A stretch of DNA of 62,858 nucleotides, the filler included, from Sluysia triapertura (taxonomy: Eukaryota): assembly GCA_046118255.1 (NCBI GenBank). It is 5 parts of 5 records of this genome, joined end to end, with 100 filler letters (N's around TTAATTAATTAA, not from the genome) between each part and the next. Parts side by side here need not be neighbours in the genome. Positions count along the whole stretch, not along the records: positions 1 to 11,016 come from JBJNIA010190141.1; positions 11,117 to 22,105 come from JBJNIA010190519.1; 3 more parts are not named here. One strand, written 5' to 3'. Shown here piece by piece: positions 1 to 13,890 of this stretch (positions are counted from its first letter, which is position 1; every line of letters starts with the position of its first letter). The notes under the pieces are model-generated. The model ran no database searches and was not told the DNA's origin. It was given only the letters and a program-made list of their open reading frames with translations. A program made the translations under genes and the position numbers.

Positions 1-667
1 ATATGTTTTATTCATTTTATTATGAATTGGAATAGATCGTTCTGATTGGTTAGAGAGAGTATTACATTAAATTTGGATTTAGTGTTAATTAATTGGTTTA
101 TAATTGTTTTAGTCTTTGATTTATATGGCGTTTATTGTATTTTCACAAGGTTTTCTTTTAATTGTCAATTAATAAACAACACATGATTCGCGTGTCACAG
201 CCAACCAAAAGCTATATAACTTATGCGAATATTGCATGCCTATCGCAGTTTACATATTCTAATATATACCAAATCTTGTAACGATGAATGTTATTAAAAG
301 TTACTAAATAATACAAAAATTCATCAACATTATTATCATGGACATGTAAAATAATCATCATAATATATATTAATCTTTCACAACATTACTCATTCAAAAC
401 ACACACACACACACACCATTAAACAAAAGGTACAGTATTTGAAAGTTTAAGGATTTCATGTTAATTTTTTATTTCTATGTATTATGCATTCCATTTTTAA
501 TACATGGTTACAAATAGATGGTCACATTATCTGATCCTTTAAGAATATTTGCATATAAAAAGATGGTTTAGTGCAACAAAACAATGCTTGTGTAGTTTCA
601 GTTATATGAAGAAATAATTCAAGAATTATTATATCTAATTGGTACAATTCTGTCGACCAATAGAATT

Positions 668-1126
668 TTAACACCACAAAAATGTTGTCAGGAGAACACA
701 TTGGACCAGAACTTTATGTTCTCTCAAATTAAACTAATCCAAGCAACTTATGATTTTATTTTCCAATTGGATGAAGAGCTAAGAAGTAATCATAGAGAAG
801 AAGTCGACAACATTTCCATTCCATCGATAAAAATTCATACTACTGACGCCCGGAAGAATTGTCAAGTTCAAGAGTCATACAATAGAAATAGATGTCAAAA
901 ACCTTTGTGCTAAATGTAATATAAATGTTTGTAGGAAATGTATTTCAAAAACAGAATTTATATGTTAAAAAATATTTTCAATGAATTTTTTAATAATAAA
1001 TCTTTCATTTAATAAATTGATATGGAACTGTTTTCTTCGCAAAAAACGTCAATTTTCTTATATGAGTCAATTTGGTCCAATTCAGTAAAAATAGGTATAA
1101 AATCAAACTCCGTCCATCTAGTGTAA
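668..1126 (+). mobile_element. piggyBac-type transposon remnant (3' transposase end, Cys-rich domain)
   Basis: Frameshifted translation gives YDFIFQLDEELR...RKNCQVQ...(C)AKCNINVCRKC, resembling a piggyBac C-terminal Cys-rich domain. The ends are TTAA-CAC (668) and CTAGTG-TAA (~1126). Confidence 0.6.
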
Positions 1127-1574
1127 GTAATCAAAATTCGTCACAGATCTTTTTTAAAATTTCACAATTTTCTTAAGAATTTTATAAATTTTTAAAACTC
1201 TGCTAAACTTCAAAAGCCTAAAACATATATCTAAAGATAAAACACATTCAACTTAAAACATACTTTTAATACTCTCAACATGGATCAATCAAATACTATT
1301 GACAATACATGTGGTATTAATTTTATCATCGACAGCAACCATTTCAATAAATAATAATGATAACGATAATGATAATGATAATAATAATAATGTTTTTAAA
1401 CGCCAAAAATTAAAATAAGCCTCACACAATACTTCAGATAACCCAAGCCTAAATTGTATGAAGTTATTCGCTTTGCCTTTTCTGTTTTGAGTGTTATTGT
1501 TTATCTATGTTCTATTACACATATCTTGCCATAAATAATCATTTGCATGTATAAAAATCAAATGACAACTTATT

Positions 1575-1960
1575 TTTCTTATTTGCACACATGTTTAAGC
1601 AAACAAAACAAATCATGAATCACACCCAATCATAGATGAAAGTATAAAAATTCTAAAAAATGGGACACAATTTTCTCTAAATTTGCAAAGGTTGGTTATT
1701 CACTGCTGACGATTACTTAGATTCTATTTCGATTTAGAGGTAAGGGGATCATGTAATATGGAATAACATTTCTCTCATCAGTGTAAGCAGTGTAGTTTTG
1801 TAGAGTCAGAAGTAGTATCCATCAATAAATTATTGGTTGGGAAATAATCATAACAAATTAATAAATAAAGTAGAATTTTTTGTAAAAACAATCTATTTTT
1901 AGCCTTTTTTCAAGTTTTTACACGTCTACATTAATGTTTGCGGCCATAAAAGGTTTGCAA
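1575..1960 (+). repeat. dispersed repeat, copy 1 (inverted copy at ~30490-30860)
   Basis: GTAAGCAGTGTAGTTTTGTAGAGTCAGAAGTAGTA and CTGCTGACGATTACTTAGATTCT recur as reverse complements at ~30630-30735. Confidence 0.8.
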
Positions 1961-3511
1961 GTTGTACGTTATAATGTATTGAAAGTAGCACGAGTATATT
2001 CGTATTAGGCAACAAAAACCTACCATTTAAACACTACACATATAATACATCCACACTCACAATCTCGTAAAATAAAAACCGATACTACTCAACATTAATA
2101 AAAGATATTAAGTATAAAAAATATTAAGGATCAAATTACATAATTATGATTGGTTGTAACAGCTGTTGTGATTAACTGACCATTAAAATCGACTTTAAAC
2201 TATGTCCACGGAGTAAATAAATCTTAAGCCCATTTCTAGTTTTCTAGCATCCAATCCAAATTTAATATTCTAAATCAACCAATAGGATTCCTCAGAACTT
2301 GTTATCGTGTTAAACCATAATATATAGTAATTATATCTTTATATAAACATATTGTATGACTAAACATATTATTACTAATGTCACGCCACGTGGTAGTATA
2401 CTGATTAATAAATCATTAAATTATCAATGATTGAAGATATATTTGAGATCACGGTTTCTCAACCGTTAAATTTTTTATAGGTCGCGAAATCACGGCTTAG
2501 TATAAATAATATAATATATTATAATATAAATATAAACTACATACAAAAATTAATTTATACAATCAAAACGCTAATTAGCGGCAATAGTATATCTTTTTTA
2601 ATTCTTAGCATTCCTTTATGTAATAAAAAAATCTGAAAAAAACGCTGACGTAGAATACACTGGTAAGAAATACTGAAATAAGTAAATGTAACGATCGAAT
2701 GTTAATATATGAAATGGAAAACGATTTAACCCACAGTAACCGACCACATTATAGTAAAAGACTACGTATATCGGTTATAGTAAACTATATTATCGAAAAT
2801 ACGTTCATAACAAAATCTATTGGCTACAGTAGAAAGTAAAGTAGGTCATGGTATAAAACAGAAATGTTTATGTAGATAAATCAAATTCAATAACTGCACA
2901 CAAAATAATTTTACGACAAGATAAAATGTAGGACCTATTTCATCAACAATCGTGGTATTTCTTAATTTAAGAAGGGAATTTAATAACGAGATTATCATTT
3001 TACTAAAAAGAGTCATTCTAAGAAAAGGTATGGTTATTTATTTGATTTAATTTTCTTGTTTTTACAAAAGTTAAATTTTAATTTTGATATTTTTATTTGT
3101 CAATTATAATAATAAGTGTATCTAAAACATTCTCGCTATTAATATATAATTTTGTGAAAAATATAATAATTGTATTTGTTATGAGTATTTTTTTTAACTC
3201 GAATTAACTCGAGCGAGCTTAACTTGCATTTTGTATGACCTTTTACATTATTGTTCTTTTTTAACCTTTTATTACACAAAATATGGTTTAGTAAATATTA
3301 CATTAATAAAAAAAGAGATTAAGGATTGAATGAGTTTTAACATCACTTCTATCCTAACATCATGTATGGACTGTAGAGGCCGAAGTTCTATAAGATGAAC
3401 AAATATAAAATATAAACGATATTAAATACTTAACATCAGCAATATATGAATATTAAATAAAATTAAACATTTTAAATATTTCAAATATAAATTAATATTT
3501 TCTAATTACAG

Positions 3512-3729
3512 GTTCTGCACATGAGAGACAAGTACTTATGGATCATGGAGAGTCTACAAATGTCGTTGTGGCTGCTAGTGAACAAAATGATACTGAAAAT
3601 CTAAAGAAATTGAGTACTATAATCCATGACCTATTAACAAACGCTATTCTGCTCACTGGTAGTAATACTGAAAAACATGTTTATTTGATGGATGAATGTG
3701 AAGATCCAACTTTAGCACCTGTTTATTGG
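3512..3729 (+). CDS. PLK1: internal exon of a Polo-like kinase (linker/Polo-cap up to the start of Polo box 1)
   Basis: Acceptor ttacag at 3511 and donor gttagt at 3730. The exon ends ...LMDECEDPTLAPVYW, matching PLK1 EEAEDPACIPIFW(VSKWVDY). I did not find other exons. Confidence 0.75.
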
Positions 3730-6700
3730 GTTAGTTTATTTTTATTTTCACTTTGAGTTAGTAGAACAGGAACCTAATAAAAATCTAGTTTATATGTAAA
3801 TGAAATTTGCATGAAATGATTTGAATTATGAACGAATTCAAAATCAATTGTCATGGATTGTTTAATTTTTAATTGTCTTAATGATGAAGTAAGTTATTTC
3901 AAAGATTTAATAAAGTAATGTTTAAAGAAACGAAATAAGCTGTACTAATTCGACAGTTTTATTTTATTTTTGACGTTAAATAAGAAAATAACTTGCTGAA
4001 AATACGCATTTAACGGAAGTGATCGTGTAGTATACATAAGTATGCCTTTATAATCTTCAAAACTAAACAAAAGCTCTTAAATAACAAGTACGGAACATCA
4101 AAATAGCGGAGAATAGTTTCAACTTTAATATACGATACATTTTCAATAATTAATGCATGCGGAAATAATTACATTGTTATACTGTTAAAAGCATCGAAAT
4201 TCCATTAGTTTGAATTATTAAATAATTCTGGTCCCGATATAATAAAAGAAATATTAATTTCATAACAAAAATTTCAAACAAAAACGTTTTATAAAGGCTT
4301 CTTGACTAGTCTTATATTGAATTCAAAATTTGTGATAGAATTATACATACTTAGAACCAGTGCATTTATTACACAACCCAGCTGATCTACATTCTCATGT
4401 TAGCCCTTCTCACCATACTATTATTAATAATATTTCTCACATTTTTGACAAGATTTAGATGACACATTTATAAACAACCAATCAATAGTAACTTTTGACT
4501 TGTGAATTGGAGCATTAAGATGCCGAAAACTTTATTATTGGTGTTAGTGTAATTTCTAAAACATTTTAGTAATGCAGAAATTTTACATTATTAAGCATTA
4601 ACGTAAACTCATATGAACAACGAAATTCTTTTTGCAAAATAGTTTTGTGCATATTTCGTGTCAGTAGTTTTTATACAAATCAGGTATGTATAAATTTCAC
4701 TTGTTCACCCGAAAATATAATAGATCGAAACACTGCTTCATTTTTTCAATTTTACCCCGTTTTTATTTTTTTAGATACAAATAGGCTTATTTGGACATCT
4801 ATGTCGAAATTTGTATTAATAATTTTTCTATTGTTAGATATAAAGTTCCTCTGTACTAAGAGTGACTTTCCTAAGGAATATGGAACTTATTTTATCATTT
4901 TCTTGCATCGAGAAACACATTGTTAATTTTAGGTATCTATAAATTTCAATTATAATTTATAAAGATAAGAAAGTGAACTAAATTAATTTAATAAATTGAT
5001 ACTCCTTTCACCCAGAAAGAAGTAAGTGTCCGATTTCGATTGTTTTCAAAAAGTAAGAAAAGCGGCTTTGCTTTTTCAATATCTGACATAAAACTCCGGC
5101 CCAATTTGGCATTAAGCACGAAAACCCTTAGCCGATGGTGCGGAAGTAGTAGATGTCATTTCACTTAAGAAAGGACCCATTAGTAAAAAATAGAAGAAAT
5201 TGACCCAAGGCAAAACATAATCAATTCAGTTTTAATGACTAAAATGACTTTAAAGTTTTTCAGAAATAATATTTATAGTTAATAAAATATATAATTTAAT
5301 GTCTTTGGATTTTATTATATTTTGATGATTTTTCAAAATATGTAATTTTAAAAGATGGAAGAAATATTAATTTTAATTTTATTAAAATTGGGATGAAATA
5401 TGCAGAAAACCCATAACCTATTTGAATTTGGATGTTTAATTGTTTTCTTTAATTGTTTTTTGAAAATCTAATAGTCTTAAAATGTATTTCCAGTGATATC
5501 ATGAAGTCAATTATTTTGGTTTCCGCTTTTTATATTATCTTCTACTATTTATTTGTAATCAGTATAATTCCTTAGAATGTATTTGTAAATAATATAAATG
5601 GTACTAATTAATAAATGATAATACAACAAATTATCACAACATAACAAACTACATACACCTTTTACATAAAAGAATTGAAATTTTTGATGTATGAAACAGT
5701 CTCGCAATACACAAGTTCAAATCCGAATGAATTCCTTTTGATGTGACGTCTCTTGAAAAACTTAACTTTTACTTTATATTTAATGTAAAAATTATTGAGA
5801 GAATTCTTCATTATAATTTTTATTTGTCAAATAAACAAGACATAAATTATGTTGTTGGATTTATTGTTTATTTATTTCAAAAAGAGGTGGTAGTTAAAAT
5901 GGTCAGGAAAACAATGATATATTTAGTATTAGTTTTTGACTCTTATTCATTTTGTAGCAAATCTTTCATGTTTTATTGGCATCTGTCTTTAATCCTCGAT
6001 TTTTCTGGAAGTTAATTAAGAGTGAAGGATTTCCAACTTCCATTTTGTTTAAATGTGATTCTGAAAATATCTTTTGATGATTTTATACATTATTTTCATA
6101 GTTTTGAATTATAAAGTAATAATAATATATTAATTTATGTTGCGCTAATATCTCCTACAAAATAAGTACTCGAAAGCGCTTAAAATAAATCATTCACTAT
6201 AACATTTCAGAAAGAGAAAGAACTTTGCCTTTTTCTTAAATATTTTATAATATTCCAGCTATTTAACATTTTCTTGTAGGTGGTAGTATAATTTTGAAAT
6301 AAACGGTACATAACATATCATATAGCTTATTATCATTACGGATTCTGTATAAATTATTATAACTTAATGACGTTCATTTTGGTTTCCGAATTTTTTATTT
6401 CCAAGAGGTATTCAGCACTTACATAATGTAAGTATTTATAAATTATTGTCATGCTTTATTGTAGTTCTTTAAGGTAAACTGTTATCCGATATTACTTTTG
6501 CTGATTGATTCATTCCACTTTTCAATGTGGAATTCACTAGAATATGTTATTAGTTATTAGTTATCAATGAATGAACAATTAATAAATTAACTTTCGTATA
6601 TTTTATTATTGAGACTAAACTTATTTGTGAAGATTATAAATTCTGACTTTTCTTCATTGATTTTCAAGTATTTATTTCCAAATCATTCTCAATTCAGAAA

Positions 6701-8133
6701 ATATTTCTTATGTCCTTTGAATAGTATTTTTTATGTTATTTCAAATTCGGTATATGTTTGCACATCATCATCATCATCATATGGTATTTAAAGCTACATG
6801 ATCCGATTATACTTGAAACATCTTTGATCCCGTAGGAATTCCATGCTTTACATATACCTCATTTGCTTTCATATTATTCCATAAAACATATTGCTTTCTT
6901 ATATGTCATGATCTACTGTACCAATAGCAACAAACATCTAACAAAACTATCAAAACGCATTTATTGCAATTAAAACCATTTAAAATATCAATTTATTCTT
7001 AAAATAGCTGTTGAGTAATAAGCTCTCTAGATATACTGATATATTGTAATATATTTATTTTCTTTTAAGAACTCTAACAATTAATTTAGATAAGAATGTT
7101 ATATTTAATACAGGTGCGTAATTATTTAAAAATAACGAATCACCATGTTTCAGATGAGGTAATGCAACGTATCCTTCTAGACTACATATAATTAATTATT
7201 AATAATTTTCAATAAAATCGGAATAACTTTTGTCAAAATGTGATTATTTTTTATAAGTTTGGTTGGTATTGCGACAATATATCTTGTTTTGACATTTCAG
7301 ACATAATCTTTATTAAATCATCTTCATTAATTTTCTTAAATTCAAATTCGTTTATTTTCCACTTTCGATATCAAAAAATGTAAAAGGTCATTTGACGTAA
7401 TTTTATCATTTTCTAAATGATTTGCATTGTTTACCAAATATTTAATTTAATATTTGATTTATCGACCTCAAACGACTTATTATAATAACTTGGAATAAGA
7501 CATTGCAAGATTTTATATTTTATATTTTCTTCATTAGTCTTTAATTGTCTTTTTCCTTTCTTGGCATAATTTTATTCTACGCAACTCAATAATCTCAGAA
7601 TTAAACTAAGATTTGTCATTAACACCACGTTTTAACATTTTAAAGGTGTTTGCTTATCTAAATAAAAGGATAACATTCTGTCGAATAAAGTTAATTATTT
7701 TTTCAAATTTACTCGATAAGTGTGTACTTAGCTCTTCAATGTACCAAACACAATTTGTAATCTTAAAAGTAAATAAATAATCAGATATTTTTATTAGTTC
7801 ATTAAATTGAATATATTTAGCAATTCGACAAAATGTTCTTGTAAAAATTTGCAAGTTGCAAAGTAAGTGCAACATTTACAATATTGATTTTTATAACTTA
7901 CCTGTAGTCTTAAATAGAATTTAACTTTCGCACAATTTGGAAATGTATTTTAATTGAATGGATTTTTTCTTGAGTCACATTTCTAAGAATAGAGATAAGT
8001 TATAAGAATTCGCAATGTAATGAACTCATTTTGATTGGAATTTATAAAGTTATTCGATATCATTTAAGTACGAAATTGTAATTTGATTTAATTTTTGATA
8101 TGCGAAAAACAATTTCATAAAGTTTACGCATAA

Positions 8134-8805
8134 TAATGGGTTGGTTCATAAGTTCGTGAGGTATTTTTACAATTGTGAAAAATACATACGGATAAAGAAT
8201 AAAAACCATTCAAAATATTCCAGATAACAAAATGAATTTATTAAACCTTTAGAAAAACAAATATCTCAGCCTCAATTGGTAAGATGTTCTCCGTCACAGT
8301 CGATCTCACTTCCTTCCACCGTCTGGCAGTTTGTCAATCCCATGTTTGAAGAAACTTGGTGATTTTTTTTTTCGAAAAATTCTTAAATCCACGTTATTAT
8401 TGCTTCTTCGTTTTCAAATATGAGACCAGAAAGATGGTTCGACATGGAGCGAAAAAGATGAATATGGCTAAGTCGGGCGAATATGGGAGATGGGGAAGAA
8501 CTTCCCAACCAAGCTCTTAAATAGCCAACTTTGTCATGGCGACATGAGGCCGAGCATTGTCATGCTGTAAAATTATCTGCTTCTTATAGGTAATTTCTGC
8601 AGAGTTTAAATATTGATTAAATAGAAAAGGAGTAAATGCTGGAAATGTTCATGTCTATCTTCCTGACACTCCATTTTAATGAAAGTGAAAGTTTGAAAAT
8701 AGATAATTCAGCTGAATGAAAATAACTCGAATCAGTTAAAACAAGAAATTGGTGCGTTTTCTTTGCAACAAATAAAACCGCACGAATTTATGCACCAACC
8801 TAATA
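8134..8805 (-). mobile_element. mariner (DD34D) element, internally deleted
   Basis: Imperfect TIRs GGTTGGTTCATAAGTTCGTG / CACGAATTTATGCACCAACC. Minus-strand motifs QHDNARPHV and ELGWEVLPHLPYSPDLA. Confidence 0.9.
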
Positions 8806-9386
8806 TTAGTAAGTTGAAAAAACATATCAATAAAATAATGTATTATATAAATATTTAATATAGTTATAAATAAAAAAATATTTACATTTCATTTTAATCC
8901 TTTATTCTAAATAAAATATTTTTTTAATTTTAATATTGTTAATTTAAAATATTATGTATTTATAATTCAGATTTATATTATTATTTAAACATATACAATA
9001 GAAAATTTTTAGAAACCATATCCGTAAATTATTTAAATAATTGCGCCTACAGAAATATTTTTTTAACAAAACTAAATTTCACAGGTGTTTGTGGTACTTT
9101 TACAATTATTGAATAAATTTATCGTTTAAAATTGATTTGCAGTTTATTATTATGCTTATGATTTTATATCTAATTAAACAATCATTTTCTAAATGTTAAG
9201 AAAATTAATAATTTGATTATCTTGGTTAGTTTATATCATAAATAAAAAATCCGTTGAGATTTCATGACGATTTTCAAATAAAAAATGGAGAGGAATTTTT
9301 ATTTTCAAGATAAATATTTTTAAATATCAAAATTCATACATTGCACTCAATCAATTCCAACATGAAAAATCGCACTTTCTTATATA

Positions 9387-10006
9387 TAGGGTGTCCCAAA
9401 AGTAACTGAACCGCAAACTTAAATAAAAATTATTTATCAAAAACAACAACTGTAATTTCTTTTGTCATTTTATGTAATCTTCGCTGCTATTCATTTCCTT
9501 CTGCGAATATTAGTCTTGGAATGACTTTTGTTGTGTGACATTATTGATTTTGTTCGGACGTCATTGCCTGATTTTTGTTCATTATTCGCTTCTAGACCCT
9601 TATTCTTAAAAATGCAGCGAAAGACTGAACGGGCATGTGTTTATTGGGACAATGAGTATCTCCATAGTATTATTGAAACTGGAGTCACAGTCTGGGCTGG
9701 AATCGGTAGCACAGGCTTAGTTGGCCAATTCTTCTTTGAAGGAACGTTACCTTGATATGCTGAAGACTAAAGTGTTTCTTCGGATCTGACACCGCCTGAT
9801 TTTCCTCTATGGGGAGTTCTAAGGAACGGAGTTTATGCTAAAAAGCCTGAAACAAAGTATTCAGCACGAATGGAAACATGTCAGAAAATATTGTCAAAAG
9901 ATGCGATTGTATTGAAGTTCAAGGTGGACATTTGAACATTTATCTACTAAATTTGTCGTTTTTGATATTTAATTTTTATTTAAGTTTGTGGTTCGGTTAC
10001 TTTTGA
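9387..10006 (+). mobile_element. Tc1/mariner (DD41D/rosa-like) element, deleted copy 1
   Basis: TIR AAAAGTAACTGAACCGCAAACTTAAATAAAAATT and its inverse at ~9970-10005. Motifs VTVWAGIGSTGLVGQFFFEGT, PDLTPPDFPLWG and CIEVQGGH. Confidence 0.85.
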
Positions 10007-10555
10007 TTGATTGATACATAAATATAATATTTTGATTTTGTACATAAAATTATAATTGAAAAACTGGTGCTTGATTTGTAGGTCACTAAATAATTAGACT
10101 TGGGTTGACCTACAGTAAACGGTTTATATCCTTATGGAAAACGTCTCCACTCCAGTTAAATATAGCATTTATTAGGGTGCAGATTCATCGTTATAGATTT
10201 ATATCGTTAAGCATTTCTTATTACTTTCTGCTGTTACTAGGCGGTTGAATCTTATGGATTCTATAGGATTGAAAACTTCGCCGTAGTATTGATCAAAATG
10301 GTACTAAAACATTTCTATTAGTACTTTTTAAATCCTGCAGAATCGTGTTATAAGGATATACGCATATACAACGAAAAAAACTTAACTTGAACACGGTTAC
10401 GATTAAATTTTGTCTTATAATGATTTTCTGCGAAATGTTTCTTCATTGAAACAGGAATTGGCAGATAGTGTAGCTAATTCGTATTTCATTGGTTTGGAAA
10501 AAGACCAAAATATTGCCTGACTTTGTGAAAATAATGATAATCGGTTTATTGTTAT

Positions 10556-10567
10556 ATTATTTTATTA

Positions 10568-10626
<59 letters not shown>
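10556..10626. repeat. (TTA)n microsatellite
   Basis: Direct inspection. Confidence 0.95.
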
Positions 10627-10628
<2 letters not shown>

Positions 10629-11016
10629 AATTGATTTAGCTCATAAATTCATATAAATCTAATAAAAACCGAATGTTATTATCCAAGTAAATAATTATAA
10701 AGCAACGTAGCAGTAAATGAATGAAATAGATTTTAATTTTTAAATCAATATTAAATAATGAATAATAATAAAATTATATATAAGTATTATGATTATTTTT
10801 AGATATTTCAATTTAAAGTTCCTCTGTAGTTGATATTACTTAGATAATTAAACGATGATTTATATAACCATTTTTTAAATTCTACAAAGATAATAGAATC
10901 ACGTTTCCTAGCTTTATATATTTCGCTGCCGCTGGGACAAATTGGTCCCACTCGTATTTCTGCAAGTTTCTCAGGCTTAAGCAGGTCATGTTACATATTG
11001 TTTTAGAAGATTAAAT

Positions 11017-11116
11017 NNNNNNNNNNNNNNNNNNNNNNNNNNNNNNNNNNNNNNNNNNNNTTAATTAATTAANNNNNNNNNNNNNNNNNNNNNNNNNNNN
11101 NNNNNNNNNNNNNNNN
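11017..11116. other. artificial contig-joining spacer
   Basis: 44 N + TTAATTAATTAA (stop in all six frames) + 44 N. The identical spacer occurs three more times. Confidence 0.97.
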
Positions 11117-11330
11117 TACCGCGAGAATCATGTTTTAAATTTTCGGGAAGTTGAGCTGGGAGAGGTTTCTTCCAGATGCTTTCACCACCAGTACCGGTAT
11201 TAGTTGGATCGCTAGTCTGTACAATATATCCTTTTGCATTTCGAGGAATCAAACAATCAGTATAGTAATCTGTTACGCGAAGTGCCGGAAACACGCTTCT
11301 TATCGCTGCCGAATATAGTTCTCCACAAGC
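11117..11330 (-). pseudogene. PPIL3: degenerate cyclophilin (PPIL3-like) fragment, truncated at the contig edge
   Basis: DYYTDCLIPRNAKGYIVQTSDPTNTGTGGESIWKKP...ENLKHDSRG resembles PPIL3 [36 protein letters not shown]...EYLKHNVRG. The conserved FHR and QTGD motifs are altered. Confidence 0.8.
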
Positions 11331-11369
11331 CAACCCACGAATTATTGATGAATACAATCGAGAGTTTCC

Positions 11370-11954
11370 CTTATCTTCCGCGTGATAATTGAACATTTTT
11401 TTACTTCCACTAAATCCACTGGTTTTATCAATAACTTCTTCACCAGCAAAAAACAATTCAAAAACAATCAGCATTAATTCAGATACAGTTTTCTGTCTTT
11501 GGTAATTGCAACAAGAATAGATCCATTGTTTCTGAAACAGCAACTTTCCAAATAACAGCAGAACATAAAAATCTCGAATTGGAATGCATTCGACATTTAA
11601 TTTGTCCAATAATTCATCTAAAGTCGACCAATCAATTAACTCCAAATTACAACAATTGTTCGAATTTAATGTCAATTTCGATATTGAAGTTAAATTATCT
11701 GTATTTTGAGTTGTCACTAAACGTCTCACGGCCACATCACGAACTGACAATATTAATCGTTTTGTGTGATTCAGAAATTTGTTACGAAATGACGGATTGT
11801 CATTAGTTAAATTGTGACACAGAAACTGTAGTAGATCTGTCATTTTGATTGGTAGTAAATCAGTGGAATAATCTCGATTGGTGGATACAAATTGGTATGC
11901 AGATATTCTAATTAGATCATCTGAATTCCAGAGACAATCATTGAGTAGTTTTGT
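11370..11954 (-). CDS. THADA: exon of a THADA/Trm732-like HEAT-repeat protein
   Basis: Acceptor ttttag at 11955. Translation TKLLNDCLWNSDDLIRISAY...LLQFLCHNLTNDNPSFRNKFLNHTKRL...CNYQRQKTVSEL parallels THADA VRIDTL...QFFITYNLNSQSPGVRQQ. Confidence 0.65.
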
Positions 11955-12024
11955 CTAAAATGGTTACACGAAATTGTAAGATAATTAATTTAGTATATTG
12001 TACAGTTAATAAGGTATTGTTTAA

Positions 12025-12511
12025 TTAACCCTTTGGGTACATTTGACGAGCGTGACTCGTCATCGATATGAATAACCACGAGTCTGACTATTCATTAGAA
12101 TTTAACATAGGTGTTTTTCTTGTAGTAATGTGTGCAAGCGTTGTGCGAATTCTCTAACATGACGAGCGAAAATAAATTTGTTTCAGTATGTTTACCTTTT
12201 TATTTTAGGGACATTTTCCGGAGCATATTCCTCCAACCGACTCAAAGCCGAGTTTGTTATCACCATAACATAAGAAAAGAGACTATCTGGCAATGCAAAC
12301 AATGCAAATTAACTTTGCATCTCTACCAAGCTGCTTTGAAAAGGTCCACACTGTTCAAAATTATTAAAATTTAACTTATATCATTTTCTGAATAAAATGT
12401 TTATATGTTGGTTGTTTATAAAATAAATGTGTATTCATCATGATATTACAGTAAAATTAAATATGTTCAATATGTTAAAAAAGTTAAAATAAATCAGAAC
12501 TCAAGGGCTGA
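12025..12511 (+). mobile_element. non-autonomous piggyBac derivative
   Basis: Left end TTAA-CCCTTTG and right end CAAGGG (12502-12507). Internal RVCYHHNIRKETIWQCKQCKLTLH is a piggyBac Cys-rich-domain motif. Confidence 0.75.
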
Positions 12512-13135
12512 CACTGTGTTGCATAGTAATATAGTTCAACCAATGCCAATCGGAAACTTCTGCGGCTCAGAGTTAGCCCAATGATAATTCTCCATATTCA
12601 TTTATGAAACCACTGATAACTATTTTGCCGAGAATAATAATGGTAATTATAATATTGATGAGTAACAAAAAAAGGTGATTCAAATCATTTCAAACATAAA
12701 AATCAACTCACATTTATTTATCCATCATCTTACCTTTACCTCTACATCTTCACATTTCACATCGTTATTTAATATTATATTTTTTATTAAATATTAATTA
12801 TTTTTATATGGAATATTAAATTAAATAAATTATAATTGGTATAATTGTCTCTCTCTCTCTCATGATTATTATTTCCTAATTTATAATGCGTGTTTTTATA
12901 AGTTTTTGAATTTTAAAGCAACAAATAACGTCGAAGATGATATAACAATGGTATTATCACCACTTACATTTTGGATACGTCTGATTTAGTTAACATAAAC
13001 CCTAGATGGAGCAACTGACATTACTTATCCTGTTCGTTGATGCTATAGAATATGAAATTATTTCATTGCTCTGAAAATTTATAATAACACCAATAGAAGA
13101 AGTAAATGAATTATAATTAGAAGTGAACGACTTAA

Positions 13136-13235
13136 NNNNNNNNNNNNNNNNNNNNNNNNNNNNNNNNNNNNNNNNNNNNNNNNNNNNNNNNNNNNNNNNN
13201 NNNNNNNNNNNNNNNNNNNNNNNNNNNNNNNNNNN
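13136..13235. other. scaffold gap with unmerged overlap
   Basis: About 77 bp before the gap (tatttcattgctctg...gacttaa) is repeated exactly after it. Confidence 0.9.
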
Positions 13236-13448
13236 TATTTCATTGCTCTGAAAATTTATAATAACACCAATAGAAGAAGTAAATGAATTATAATTAGAAG
13301 TGAACGACTTAACTGATCTATTTCTGCAGATAAAGAAACCACCACTTTATTGTTACTATTAGTAGTAACAACAGATATAATTTCCGGTATTTTACTCTTT
13401 CCTAACTACGTTTATTTATGCGAATTTTCTTTTTTTTGAATATAAATT

Positions 13449-13890
13449 TTAACACGTTCACGGACACAAAAAAATGTTGGGTTCGTAATATGACACAATA
13501 AATTTATTTAACGAAATTATTTCACGAGTTGCACGTTACACTGATACTATTTCAAAAAAATTAATTCACAACAGAAACTAATTTGTTAGATGCATACACG
13601 GAATCACTTGGGGATGTTGGTTCGATCGAAAACAAAACGCAAGTTAGCCTAAATATCGTTTATCGAATAAAAATGCTACGAAAACAAAGTCAAGTTTATG
13701 CAAGTTTTTACAAACTTGTGTTATGACAAATTGATTTCAAGTTGCTCTATAGAGTGACATGATTCGTGTATGTATGAAGAATTAAGGCAAACAGATGGCA
13801 GCCATTACCGCTGTGCTATTACAACCGTCTTGTCACAGCATGAATGGCGAGAAAGACGGCTATAGCTGTCGCTGTCCGTGAATGTGTAAA
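13449..13890. mobile_element. piggyBac-type MITE
   Basis: TTAA-CACGTTCACGGACA ... TGTCCGTGAATGTG-TAAA, with subterminal GACGGC/GCTGTC palindromes. Confidence 0.75.

Noticed and set aside
6900-8100. Possible hAT dimerisation-domain remnants
   Set aside because: The fragments (NTFPN, FNELIKISDYLF) are too short and disrupted to call.
11061-11072. TTAATTAATTAA repeated four times within N runs as a biological motif
   Set aside because: It is a fixed 44N-12-44N format with stops in all six frames, i.e. an artificial concatenation linker. Gene order across these points is meaningless.
13059-13312. Direct repeat flanking a gap
   Set aside because: An exact duplicate on both sides of a 100-N gap indicates an unmerged contig overlap.
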